A stretch of 64,000 nucleotides of DNA from a bacterium (GTDB lineage Bacteria; Vulcanimicrobiota; Xenobia; Xenobiales; Xenobiaceae). The stretch covers positions 4,573-68,572 of the forward strand of contig JALHDH010000009.1 of NCBI GenBank assembly GCA_022839105.1, in the 5' to 3' direction. The notes beneath the pieces were generated by a model that searched no databases, was not told where the DNA came from, and saw nothing but the letters and a program-made list of their open reading frames with translations. Numbering within the stretch: the first letter of the stretch is position 1; each line of letters starts with the position of its first letter. Below are positions 44,301-52,544 of this stretch, one piece after another. A program made the position numbers and the translations under genes.

Positions 44301-44965
44301 ACCTTGCGGAACATCTCCAGAGGGTTGGAGGCGCTGAAGGGCCAGCGGCCGGTCACCATCTCGAAGAGGATCACGCCCAGGGAGTAGACGTCGGTGCGCG
44401 GGTCGGTCAATCGGCCCAGGGCCTGCTCGGGAGAGACGTAGGCGGCCGTGCCCATCACCTGGCCGACCTCGGTCAGGGAGTGGCTTCCCTCGAAGAAGGC
44501 CAGCCCGAAGTCCATGACCTTCACCTGGCCTGCCGAGGTGACCATGATGTTGTCGGGCTTGAGATCCCGGTGGATGACCCCGTTTTCGTGGGCGTAGCGG
44601 ACGGCCTGCAGGACCTGCCAGAAGATCCGGAGCCTTTCCTCGAGGGCCTTTGAACCGGGCGCCTCCTCCTTGGAGAGGATCTCTCCCAGGGTCTGTCCCT
44701 CGACGAACTCCATGACGATGAAGTGGATTTCGTCCACCTCCCCGATATCGTGGATCTTCACGATATAGGGGCTGTCCAGCCGGGCCGCGGTCTTGGCCTC
44801 CCGCAGGAAACGGTCGACCGCCTTCTGGGTCAGCTTCTTGGGAGGCAGGATCTTGATGGCCACCTGACGCTCGAGGACGGGGTCCTCTCCGCGATAGACC
44901 ACGCCCATGCCCCCGCGGCCCAGTTCCTCGATGATCCTGTAACGACCGATATGGACGGGAGCCAT
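41345..44965 (-). CDS. Hanks-type Ser/Thr protein kinase + Pro-rich linker + zinc ribbon + long TPR array (1206 aa)
   Basis: GRGGMGVVYRG, VAIK, HRDLKPDNIM, DFGLA, SPEQ. Zinc ribbon CARCGAENPSERKLCVECGE. TPR repeats (..A...Y..AL.L.P....A...LG..) extend to the C-terminus. Confidence 0.9.
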   Translation of the reverse strand: MAPVHIGRYRIIEELGRGGMGVVYRGEDPVLERQVAIKILPPKKLTQKAVDRFLREAKTAARLDSPYIVKIHDIGEVDEIHFIVMEFVEGQTLGEILSKEEAPGSKALEERLRIFWQVLQAVRYAHENGVIHRDLKPDNIMVTSAGQVKVMDFGLAFFEGSHSLTEVGQVMGTAAYVSPEQALGRLTDPRTDVYSLGVILFEMVTGRWPFSASNPLEMFRKVAEAPPPSPRDFNSSVPLSLEMIILRSLRKDPEDRYQGLGEFIADFEHFLKRSSLHVELPGSGPPAFEAPSSPPVTLEPASWKAPTSIPPPPPTPVFPAPGPALRAPLEATRAEAPVEPPKPPPRAFSPAAPPLAIALPRAPIEASPPPPPRPAERDPVSEALGYPVAGATASEAPPAPTAAPSAPQTSSTYHPFIQGPTGGIASSSWMANVRQEQVTGRIDQLMDRLRDDEAQQSRLLAERPEVNRTVCARCGAENPSERKLCVECGEVLSPSHFVVDREARTHMESGLGLYRNGRYKEAIFEFLQALSRDEELGEAHLYLGRAYLETEEFGRARESLERAVELMEDSADPYLGLADFFQRTEQPDQVLSTLHAALDRDPADSNTRCRLAFLYHEHGRIDAAIDQYHQAIAHQPEHLEANRQLGLILAASDRLDEAIPFLEQACLLDPRDPHAHSLLARLYARRRRYSHAQQALRMAIQLDTRDASLRAELAAIYQAQNQDHLAAQELQEALELDRGNRDASLRLAQLLERHGSTSEAVRRLDKALEFHPRDLQIHRQLGELHMRSGRLDDALRHFEEVVKLDPASAELHHRLGRIYLKKRYDEQSVQAYRKAVELHPVNPEFREDLAMAYYCSGQLPSAIHELSKASRLDYTNASYPKALGMLHVEQGDYEEAVRDLKRSLELAPADAQAHGMLGQALARQGLTNLAIAEYERALDLDPDLYLLHLSMARAYAQAGRHERAVESFRKFLARVGNQEKTRMLGEAYVDMGRSYLANNNPARAAEVFQAALQRNPQDARALHGLAQVAVARKDYARAQRWLDRALEAEPRSSELRITQARIQGLQGHWGNAVTLMQEALQDDPRRPELHEEMGRVLRKAGRFQDAVDVFRRAAQIFPDQEGYFLWLTGRVQFRQDLFGEAAWSYRKALETMHHDWRIHADLGKACASLAQMDEAARAFQKAMELAPEEEVPRLRKMAGRLSVLHE

Positions 44966-44992
44966 CCTGCCTCCACCAGAATCTGGACCGGT

Positions 44993-46351
44993 TCAGGAAT
45001 CCCTGGCCAACCATTCCGCTGCGAGGGCCAGCGCTTCCTCCCGGGATCGCACCTTTTCCTCGGCCACCGCCTCGGCCAGTTCTTCCAGGAGGCGGCCCAC
45101 CAGGGGACCGCGCGGCAGGCCGAAGGCACGGGCCAGGTCTGCGCCGGTCAGGAGGGTCTTCGGCCGGGAGACCCGTCCCTCCTGGAAGAAATCCTCCAGC
45201 ATCCGGCGGATCCGCGCCAGGAAGTTCGAGTCTCCGCGGCCGCCGGATCCCATGGCCCGGGCTGCCGAGAAGACCAGCAGGTCGGGAGCCGACGGGCCCG
45301 CCTCGCGGAAGAGCCGGTGCCAGCGCCCCGGGGAAGCCCCCTGCCGGGAGAGGTTCCAGGGTTCGTCCCGAAGGGCCATCAACCGCTCCAGTCGACGCCC
45401 CTCCCGCCTGGACAGGACCAGGTGCCGAGCCACCCTCCCGATCCCAGACTCCTCCCCGGCTCGAGACAGGGAGGCGGATTCCGGACCCGGCTCCAGGAGC
45501 ACGGCCAGCTTGAGCAGTTCCAGCGGCCTGCGATTTCCCGCCAGGGGGGTCTCCAGGTGGGCACGCAGCCTCTCGGCGCACCAGGAATTCCCCAGGACGG
45601 CCAAGGCCTGCGGGTCTTCGAGAAGCCTCAAGGTGGCCAGGACCCGGGCCTGCTCCCCTCCCCCGAGCCCTTCGGCTTCGGGCAGGGTCGCCCGGAGCAG
45701 GCCGGACTCGACGAAGATCTCCCAGCGAGAGGTCAGGCCGGCGACCAGGCATGCGAAGAACTCGTCGCGGATTCGCTCCCCCGAGACGCCCGAAAGCCGA
45801 CAGGAATGGGCGCGGAGCGCATCGAGAAGCCCGGGGGCCGGTTGCAGGGGCAACGAACACAGCATCCGCAAGGCCCGCATCGTACGCAGGGGGTCCTCGA
45901 CCAGGCTGGCGGGCCCGGCCAGGCGCAGGATCCCCCGCTCGAGGTCGGAGCGCCCGCCGGTCGGGTCCACCAGCGCGCGGCTTCGAGGATCCCAGGCCAT
46001 GGCATTGAGGGTGAAGTCCCGATGCCGCAGATCCTCCTCCAGGGTGGAGCCGACCTGCGCAGCCAGATCCAGATCCCTTCCCCCCTTCAGGACGATCCTG
46101 GCAATCCCACGGGCTTTGTCCAGCGGGACGAAGGTGCCTCCCAGGCCGTCAGCCAGACCCCGCGCCAGTTCCAGGACCTTCCCAGGGCTGTCGGTCTGGA
46201 CCACCAGGTCCAGGTCCTTGCTCGGGACTCCCCGCAGGGCGTCCCGAACCGCTCCTCCCACCAGGAAGACCGGCAGATCGCGGGCGCGGGCCTCGGCCAC
46301 GACGAGATCCAGGATGGGGGCGAAGGATCCCGGGAGAAGGGAAGGATCCAC
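44993..46351 (-). CDS. cca: CCA-adding enzyme / poly(A) polymerase-family tRNA nucleotidyltransferase
   Basis: VFLVGGAVRDALRG...KDLDLVV and RDFTLNAMA motifs. GTG start at 46351 with a GAGGAGGAGGG RBS. Confidence 0.85.
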   Translation of the reverse strand: MDPSLLPGSFAPILDLVVAEARARDLPVFLVGGAVRDALRGVPSKDLDLVVQTDSPGKVLELARGLADGLGGTFVPLDKARGIARIVLKGGRDLDLAAQVGSTLEEDLRHRDFTLNAMAWDPRSRALVDPTGGRSDLERGILRLAGPASLVEDPLRTMRALRMLCSLPLQPAPGLLDALRAHSCRLSGVSGERIRDEFFACLVAGLTSRWEIFVESGLLRATLPEAEGLGGGEQARVLATLRLLEDPQALAVLGNSWCAERLRAHLETPLAGNRRPLELLKLAVLLEPGPESASLSRAGEESGIGRVARHLVLSRREGRRLERLMALRDEPWNLSRQGASPGRWHRLFREAGPSAPDLLVFSAARAMGSGGRGDSNFLARIRRMLEDFFQEGRVSRPKTLLTGADLARAFGLPRGPLVGRLLEELAEAVAEEKVRSREEALALAAEWLARDS

Positions 46352-46377
46352 TTCAAGGCCCTCCTCCTCGAGACGGT

Positions 46378-47655
46378 TCAGAAGCGCGCCGAGCTGGGTT
46401 CAGGTTCCGGCTCGGGACTGGATTCCTCGGGGGCGGGGATGACGCCGTGTTCGGAGGGGGTGGGAGAGGCGGTTGGAGCGGGGGATGGCGTCGCCCCCCC
46501 AGGCGAGGGGCTCGTGCCGGGGCTCGGGCTCCCCGGCGCGGCCGGACTCCCCTGGACCACGGGGCTCCCCTCCACGGCGGGACTCCCCTCCACGGCGGGG
46601 CTTCCGCCAGCGTCCGGGGTGACTTCTACGACGGGCATCTCCTCGGGGACGGGGACCGGGGGCCGGGTGGAGCCGGCCTCCGGGGCGGGGGCGAAGAGCT
46701 GGTTGGGGCGGCGGATGCGCAGCACCTGGATCCGATGGTTGCTGGTATCCGCGACCAGGATCCGGTCACCGGGGCCCTCCGCAATCTGCTGGGGCTTCTG
46801 GAACTGGCCCGGCGCATTCCCGGTCTGCCCCCATTCCGCCTCGAAGTCGCCCTGCGGGGTGAACTTCTGGATCCGGTTGTTCCCCGAATCCACGACCAGG
46901 ACCGACCCGTCCGAGGTGACCAGCACGTCGGTGGGATGGCGGAATTCCCCCTCCCCCTTTCCGGGCAGGCCCCACTTCTTCAGCAGCACCCCCTCGGGAG
47001 TCAGCTTGAGGATCTGGTGGGCTCCGGTATTGGCCACGTAGAGGTTCCCCAGGCTGTCCACGGCCACACCCCAGGGCTCGCGAAACAGGACCTCGTCGGC
47101 GCGGTCGAGGATCCTCAGGACGTTGCCCTGGGGCCCGAACTGCTGAAGCCGGTTGTTCCGGCTGTCGGCCACCCACATCGCGCCGGTCCTGTCGAAGGCC
47201 ATGCCGATCGGGGCTGCGAACTGCCCGGGTTGGGATCCCAGCGAACCGAGCTCGCCGAGGTAGCCGCCCCGGGAATCGAAGTGCTGGAGGCGATCATTCC
47301 CCGTGTCGGCCACCCACAGGGTGTCGTCGGGTGCCAGCTCGATTCGCAGAGGCTCACGGAACTGGCTCCTGTCGGCGCCCGGAGCGCCCCAGACGTCGAT
47401 CAGCCTGCCCTCGGCATCGAAGCGCTGGATCCTCAGGTTGCCGGTATCCACGACATAGGAGTTGCCGCTGCGATCCACGGCGACCCCGGCGGGTTCGGCC
47501 AGTTCTCCCGGCTGATTTCCCCGCGTCGAACCGCCCACCACCCTCTCGGTCGAGGGCGGCAGTTCATGCTGGGTGAGGTACAGGATCACCGCCACGGCGC
47601 CCCCCAGCACACCGACCAGGATCAGGACCCAGACCAGAAGCCGCGTGTTGTGCAA
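46378..47655 (-). CDS. Membrane-anchored NHL-repeat beta-propeller protein
   Basis: N-terminal TM LLVWVLILVGVLGGAVAVILYL. Six repeats of the type F..P.G.A.D..G...VAD..N.R.Q.F. The C-terminus is Pro/Ser/Gly-rich. TTG start at 47655. Confidence 0.85.
   Translation of the reverse strand: MHNTRLLVWVLILVGVLGGAVAVILYLTQHELPPSTERVVGGSTRGNQPGELAEPAGVAVDRSGNSYVVDTGNLRIQRFDAEGRLIDVWGAPGADRSQFREPLRIELAPDDTLWVADTGNDRLQHFDSRGGYLGELGSLGSQPGQFAAPIGMAFDRTGAMWVADSRNNRLQQFGPQGNVLRILDRADEVLFREPWGVAVDSLGNLYVANTGAHQILKLTPEGVLLKKWGLPGKGEGEFRHPTDVLVTSDGSVLVVDSGNNRIQKFTPQGDFEAEWGQTGNAPGQFQKPQQIAEGPGDRILVADTSNHRIQVLRIRRPNQLFAPAPEAGSTRPPVPVPEEMPVVEVTPDAGGSPAVEGSPAVEGSPVVQGSPAAPGSPSPGTSPSPGGATPSPAPTASPTPSEHGVIPAPEESSPEPEPEPSSARF
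46544..46615. repeat. Four imperfect tandem 18-bp repeats inside the NHL gene 3' region
   Basis: Units ggactcccctggaccacg / gggctcccctccacggcg / ggactcccctccacggcg / gggcttccgccagcgtcc, encoding GSPAVE-GSPAVE-GSPVVQ-type hexapeptides. Confidence 0.8.
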
Positions 47656-47728
47656 GTCGATTCTCCGAAGCTGCCGTGCCCGGGTCTGGCCCGAACCGGT
47701 CGGCTCGTTGTAGGATGGAGGGACCCGG

Positions 47729-48337
47729 GTGAGTCAGGAGGCGACGGCACTGGACCCCTTCTCGGACCTGCGTGAGTTCTACAGACGACTCGACGAGATC
47801 CTCCCCGGACCCGATCTCTCCGCCGGGCCGGGCTCCAACCCTTGCGGAAGCTGCGGCGACTGCTGCCGTTGGTTCTTCTACCTCTCGCGACACGAATGGG
47901 ATTTCCTGGCCAGCGGGCTTGAGGATCTCGGCGAGCCGGACCTGGCCCGCTTCCAGGTGGCCAACACGCCCGAACAGGACGAGCGGCTCGGGCTTCCCGA
48001 GTGGCGTTGCCCCCTGTACCGCGAGGGTCAGGGATGCCTGGTCTACCACCACCGCCCCCTGGCCTGCAGGCTGGCCGGCCCCCATCTGCCCGTCCTCTCG
48101 AAGCTTCCCGACCATTGTATCTTCACCCGGCCGATCCGCTACTCGACGGTGGAGGAGATCCCGCTCTGGGAGGAATACGTGCGGGTCCTGCGCCGGCACC
48201 CCTCCCCCCCCGGCTACCTGGCGCCGGGGCCCTCCCATGGAGCCCCGCTCAGCGACGAACCAGCCCCGCCCGCGAGAAGTCCAGGATCCCCAGGCGATCC
48301 ACCGTCACCCCCCGCAGGTCCCGACGCCAGGCGTTGA
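47729..48337 (+). CDS. YkgJ-family (UPF0153, CxxCxxCC) cysteine-cluster protein
   Basis: CGSCGDCCRW...CPLY..GQGCLVYHHRPLACR pattern. GTG start after GGAGGG. The Pro-rich tail overlaps the convergent SBP gene by 89 bp. Confidence 0.7.
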   Translation: MSQEATALDPFSDLREFYRRLDEILPGPDLSAGPGSNPCGSCGDCCRWFFYLSRHEWDFLASGLEDLGEPDLARFQVANTPEQDERLGLPEWRCPLYREGQGCLVYHHRPLACRLAGPHLPVLSKLPDHCIFTRPIRYSTVEEIPLWEEYVRVLRRHPSPPGYLAPGPSHGAPLSDEPAPPARSPGSPGDPPSPPAGPDARR

Positions 48338-49835
48338 CTTCCAGCGACCAGGCCAGCGGAACCGTGGGCGCCGCCTTCCAGAGCTGCTGCTGGATCTCGG
48401 CGTACACGCGGACCCGGTGCGTCGGCTCGGAAATCGAGCGGGCCATCTCGAGCAGTTCCTGGAGCCGGCCGCTGGAGAAGCGCGAGACGTTGGTGCCCCC
48501 GGGGAAGCGATTCTCGCGAGACCAGGCGGGATAGAGGTCCAGATCGGGATCCACCATCCCCTTCTCCTCGAGTTGAAGAGCCAGATCATAGGCCCCGCGG
48601 CGAAGATGATCCGTGAATTCCGGGGCCGGCAGACCTCGAGTTCGCACGGGCAATCCGACCTGGGACAGGTCCCGGGCGATCCTCCGGGCCAGGGCACCGG
48701 GAGCGGCCAGGACCGGGGACTCGGTGGGATGGAGCAGGAGGACCGGCTCGGAGGAGGGCAGCCGCACCCTCGACAAGAGGCGCCGGGCTCGCTCGGGTCT
48801 GAAGGTGTATCCTCTTTCGGTCTCGTCAAAGGCCCAGCTTCGAGGCGAGAGGACCCCGGTGGCCGGAGCCATCCGGGATCCGGCAAAGTCCCGGGCCAGC
48901 TCGGCCCGGGGAAGGGCGTGCTGGAGCGCCAGACGGGTGCGGATGTCGCTCCAGGGATTCCGCGAGCAGTTCATCACCAGGGACCAGGAATTCAGGCCGC
49001 CGGCGGGGGCCAGGTGGAAGGTTCCCGCCTTCTTCAGATCATCGACTGCCAGGAGATCGACGGCCAGGGCCATGTCCGCATTCCCGCGGCTCAACTCGCG
49101 TTGGCGGGCCAGGGCCCTGGGCACCACCGTGAAGACGAGATGGTCCAGGGAGGGAGGTCCTCCCCAATAGTGCGGGTTGGACTCCAGGGTCACCCTCTGT
49201 CCGGGCCGGCGCTCCAGGAAGCGGAAGGGCCCGGTCCCCACCGGTCGGGGTGGCCCGCTTCCGGCCGAGACCATGGACGGGGCCACGACGGCCATCGGCG
49301 GATGCGCCAGGATCTCGAGGAATCCGGGCATGGGCTCGCGCAACACGAGGCGCAGGGAATGGGGAGAAACGGCCATGACCTGCTCCACCACCGGCGTCGG
49401 GCCGCCCAGGAGGCTGCGGAAGAAGAGGTTTCCTCCCCAGCCGGAGCCCGGGTCGGAAAAGCGCCTCAAGCAACGGGCAACTGCGGCCGCGGTCAGGGGG
49501 GTGCCGTCGTGGAAGAAGACACCCTCCCGCAGGTGCAGCAACCACTCGCGCCCCTGGCCCGAGCTCTCCCACGAGATGGCCAGCCCGGGCAGGACCTGGC
49601 CGGGGTCGGGCCCGGGTCGGACCAGGGTCTCGAAGACACAGGACAGGACCCGCCAGGAGGTCCGGTCGGTCACCTCCCCGGGGTCCAGGCCCTGCAGGTC
49701 GGAAGGCAGGGCCACCACGGCCGTTCCGCCGAGAGCGGGGTCCCGGAGCGTCGCCCCGAGACCCCGGGTCCCCAAGGGCAGCAGGAGCACCAGGAAGACC
49801 AGGATCAGGGCGCCCAGGATGCGCGCCGGCTTCAC
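48249..49835 (-). CDS. ABC transporter substrate-binding protein, family 5 (peptide/nickel type), orphan
   Basis: LDPG......W.VLS.VFETLVR...........LA.SWE.S..G..W...LR.GV.FHDGTP pattern. Signal anchor ARILGALILVFLVLLLPLG. The GTG at 49835 overlaps the gmk stop (GTGA). Confidence 0.8.
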   Translation of the reverse strand: MKPARILGALILVFLVLLLPLGTRGLGATLRDPALGGTAVVALPSDLQGLDPGEVTDRTSWRVLSCVFETLVRPGPDPGQVLPGLAISWESSGQGREWLLHLREGVFFHDGTPLTAAAVARCLRRFSDPGSGWGGNLFFRSLLGGPTPVVEQVMAVSPHSLRLVLREPMPGFLEILAHPPMAVVAPSMVSAGSGPPRPVGTGPFRFLERRPGQRVTLESNPHYWGGPPSLDHLVFTVVPRALARQRELSRGNADMALAVDLLAVDDLKKAGTFHLAPAGGLNSWSLVMNCSRNPWSDIRTRLALQHALPRAELARDFAGSRMAPATGVLSPRSWAFDETERGYTFRPERARRLLSRVRLPSSEPVLLLHPTESPVLAAPGALARRIARDLSQVGLPVRTRGLPAPEFTDHLRRGAYDLALQLEEKGMVDPDLDLYPAWSRENRFPGGTNVSRFSSGRLQELLEMARSISEPTHRVRVYAEIQQQLWKAAPTVPLAWSLEVNAWRRDLRGVTVDRLGILDFSRAGLVRR

Positions 49836-50488
49836 GGGCCTTCGGAATTGGGGAGGACCGGCTCGAGATCCGGGCCGAAGAGGGCGTGGACCTGCCCGTC
49901 GGCGATCACTCGAGGCGTCCGGGCCATCTCGGCCTCCAGGACCGCCTCCAACTGGGTTTGGGCCCGCTCGAGTTCGTCGTTGACGATCGTGTAGGCGTAG
50001 CGATCCATGTGTTTGAGCTCGCTGCGGGCCACCAGCAGGCGCCCGGCGATCTGCTCGGCGTTCTCGGTTCCGCGATGGCGCAGACGCCAGCGCAGGGCCT
50101 CCAGGTCCGGGGGAGCCAGGAAGATGCTGACGCAGTCCGGCTCGGCGGACATGACCTCCAGCCCCCCCTTCACGTCCACGTCCAGGACCACGTGCTGGCC
50201 ACGGGCTCTCGCGCTCTCGACGAATTCCCGAGGAGTCCCGTAGTAGGCGCTGTGCACCTGGTTCCACTCCAGGAAGCGATCCCGCTCGATCCAGTCGTTG
50301 AAGGTCTCGGGATCCAGGAAGTAGTAATGCCTTCCTTCCACCTCGCCGGGCCGGGGAGCGCGGGTCGTGGCCGAAATCGAGAAGACGCAGTCCTCCCGCC
50401 GAGCCAGCAGACGCTCGAGGAGGGTGCCCTTGCCCACTCCCGAGGGCCCGGAGACCACCACCAGGAGGCCCTTTCGCAGTCCGGTCAC
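49832..50488 (-). CDS. gmk: Guanylate kinase
   Basis: VVSGPSGVGKGTL, SATTRAPRPGEVEGRHYYF, YGT. The GTG at 50488 overlaps the remA stop (GTGA). The rest of ORF 49832..52054 is the antisense shadow of rqcH. Confidence 0.9.
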   Translation of the reverse strand: MTGLRKGLLVVVSGPSGVGKGTLLERLLARREDCVFSISATTRAPRPGEVEGRHYYFLDPETFNDWIERDRFLEWNQVHSAYYGTPREFVESARARGQHVVLDVDVKGGLEVMSAEPDCVSIFLAPPDLEALRWRLRHRGTENAEQIAGRLLVARSELKHMDRYAYTIVNDELERAQTQLEAVLEAEMARTPRVIADGQVHALFGPDLEPVLPNSEGP

Positions 50489-50772
50489 TCCTCGTCCACC
50501 TCCTCGGTCCCGAGCTCCACCGTGCCCGCCGGAGAGCCGTGGCGACGGATCCGGCTGGCCAGCGTCTCGGTCGAGAGCGCGGAGAGGACCAGTTGCCCGG
50601 TGTCCATGAACAGAACCGAGCGGGTCCTGTGGCCGGCCGTGGCGTCCACCACCCGGCCTGTGCGGCGGCCTTCGCTGACGGCCCGCCTCACGGGGGCCGA
50701 GTCGGGCACCACTGCCGCCAGGATCCGCCCCGAGGAGACGTAGTTGCCGTATCCGATCGGGATCAAGCTCAT
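50485..50772 (-). CDS. remA: RemA/YlzA (DUF370) family regulator
   Basis: MSLIPIGYGNYVSSGRILAAVVPDSAPVRRAV.EGR..GRVVDAT.G.RTRSVLFMD.G.LVLSAL..ETLA.R is near-colinear with Bacillus RemA. Confidence 0.85.
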   Translation of the reverse strand: MSLIPIGYGNYVSSGRILAAVVPDSAPVRRAVSEGRRTGRVVDATAGHRTRSVLFMDTGQLVLSALSTETLASRIRRHGSPAGTVELGTEEVDEE

Positions 50773-50870
50773 GGGCCGGCCCGCCTTCTCGCCGATCCGT
50801 GGGAATCCTGCCCCACCTGAATCGATCGCCCGGGCAGGGGGCCTTGGGCTGCCCTGGAGAAGCCCCCCGC

Positions 50871-52544
50871 ATGATCGTCGACTCCATCACCCTGCGAGCG
50901 GTCTGCCTCGAGCTGGCCCCGATTCTCGAGGGAGGGCTCCTGCAGAAGATCTCCCAGCTCAACGAACAGGACCTGGCCTTCCACTTCCGTCGCCCCGGGA
51001 TCACCCGAAGGCTCCTGGTCCGCCTGGCACCCGAAGAGGCCCGGGTCGTCCTGGTCGAAGGCCCGCTCCCCCCGGCCCGCGAGCCCTCCTCCTTCACCAT
51101 GCTCATGCGCAAGCACCTTTCGGGGCTCCCCTTGCGCGGAATCCACCAGGCGGGACTGGAACGGGCCGTCTGGCTGCACTTCGGGGAATGGGCCCTGGTG
51201 ATCGAGATCCCCGGACGCTCGAACAACCTGTTCCTGGTCGGCGAGTCCGGGCGTCTGGCCGGGATGCTCCATCCGGAACGCGAGGGAGCCCGTCGGCTCC
51301 GCCCGGGCCAGCAGTATCTGCCCCCCCCCCGACCCGATCGGCCCGAAGCCCTGTCGGTGACGGCCTCGGAGCTGCCTTCCCTGCTCCGCCCCGCGCTGGG
51401 CGAACCCGCCGCGCGCAGCCTGGGTCGGGCGCTCTTCGGCCTGCCTCCCCAGCAGTGCCGCTTCGCCTGTCGCCTGGCCGGCCTGGACCCGGCCTCGCCC
51501 CTGACCGAGGGGGACCTCGACGCCCTGGCCGAAGCCTGGCCGTCCTGGCGGGGCCTTCTGGAGGCTGGGGGCTTCGAGCCGGTCCGCCTGCCCGGGGGCC
51601 GCGTCTCGCCCTGGCCCCTGGGAGAGCCAGGAGAAGCGCGCCTGCCCAGCCTGCAGGAAGCCCTCCAGGACGAAACCGCTCCGCCTGGAGTCCGAGACGG
51701 GAAAGAGGAACTCGAGAGCCTGGTCCGGCGCGCGCAGCGCAAGGCCCGCACCCTCCTGGAGCGCCGCCAGGAGGACCTGGAACGGGCCATGCAGGCGGAC
51801 TCTCGGCGCCTGGCGGGCGAACTGCTCCTGGCCCACTGCCACCGCATCGCCCGGGGGGCGGATCGGGTGTTCCTCCCCGACTGGGAAGGCCGCGAAATCG
51901 AGATTTCCCTGGATCCCTCCCGCAGCGCCTCCGAGAACGCCCAGCGCTTCTTCCGCGAGTACCGCCGCCTGCAGCGCGCCCAGAAAGCCCTGGAGGCCCC
52001 CCTGGCCCGGGCTCGGGCCGAGCTGGAATTCCTCGAAGAGGTGCTCCTGGCCATCCAGGAGGCCTCCAGTGCCCAGGAACTCGAGGAGATCCGTCAGATG
52101 TGGCGGGAAGAGCGACGCGGCGCGACGGGTCGCCCCAAGCGCCGCATGCAGGCTCCCTCCCCGGGGCCGAGGCGCTTCCGGCACGACGGCTTCGCCATCC
52201 TGGTCGGCCGGAATCCCCGCCAGAACGAGAAACTCACGCTGAAGACGGCCGGTCGCGACGACCTGTGGTTCCATGCCCGGAACATCCCGGGCTCGCACGT
52301 GGTCCTTCGGACCGCCGGGCGGGTCCCAGGCGAAGAGACCCTGCACGCCGCGGCCGTCCTGGCCGCCCGATTCAGCCAGGCGGGTTCGGCCACCACGGTC
52401 GAGGTGGTCTGCACCCCGATCCACAAAGTCAAGAAGCCCCCTGGAACTCCGCCCGGCAAGGTGATCTACCGCGGGGAACGCACCTTGATGGTGGATCCCG
52501 CGGCCAGGGTCGACGGCCTGGACGCAGAAGAGGAGACGCGATGA
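50871..52544 (+). CDS. rqcH: RqcH / FbpA (NFACT-family) ribosome quality-control protein
   Basis: NFACT-N (MIVDSITLRAVCLELAPILEGGLLQKISQ...LAFHF), a coiled-coil middle region, and NFACT-R/DUF814 (GFAILVGRNPRQNEKLT...DLWFHARNIPGSHVVLR). Confidence 0.85.
   Translation: MIVDSITLRAVCLELAPILEGGLLQKISQLNEQDLAFHFRRPGITRRLLVRLAPEEARVVLVEGPLPPAREPSSFTMLMRKHLSGLPLRGIHQAGLERAVWLHFGEWALVIEIPGRSNNLFLVGESGRLAGMLHPEREGARRLRPGQQYLPPPRPDRPEALSVTASELPSLLRPALGEPAARSLGRALFGLPPQQCRFACRLAGLDPASPLTEGDLDALAEAWPSWRGLLEAGGFEPVRLPGGRVSPWPLGEPGEARLPSLQEALQDETAPPGVRDGKEELESLVRRAQRKARTLLERRQEDLERAMQADSRRLAGELLLAHCHRIARGADRVFLPDWEGREIEISLDPSRSASENAQRFFREYRRLQRAQKALEAPLARARAELEFLEEVLLAIQEASSAQELEEIRQMWREERRGATGRPKRRMQAPSPGPRRFRHDGFAILVGRNPRQNEKLTLKTAGRDDLWFHARNIPGSHVVLRTAGRVPGEETLHAAAVLAARFSQAGSATTVEVVCTPIHKVKKPPGTPPGKVIYRGERTLMVDPAARVDGLDAEEETR

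Noticed and set aside
40946-44653. 1235-aa plus-strand ORF
   Set aside because: It lies antisense to the kinase/TPR and SPOR genes, which have clear motifs. Its composition (Gly/Arg/Leu/Gln/Pro) is typical of high-GC shadow ORFs.
46544-46615. Tandem 18-bp repeats that could look like a mini CRISPR or VNTR
   Set aside because: There are no spacers. The repeats are in frame inside the NHL gene and encode GSPAVE-type hexapeptides. This is ordinary low-complexity linker expansion, not a CRISPR array.
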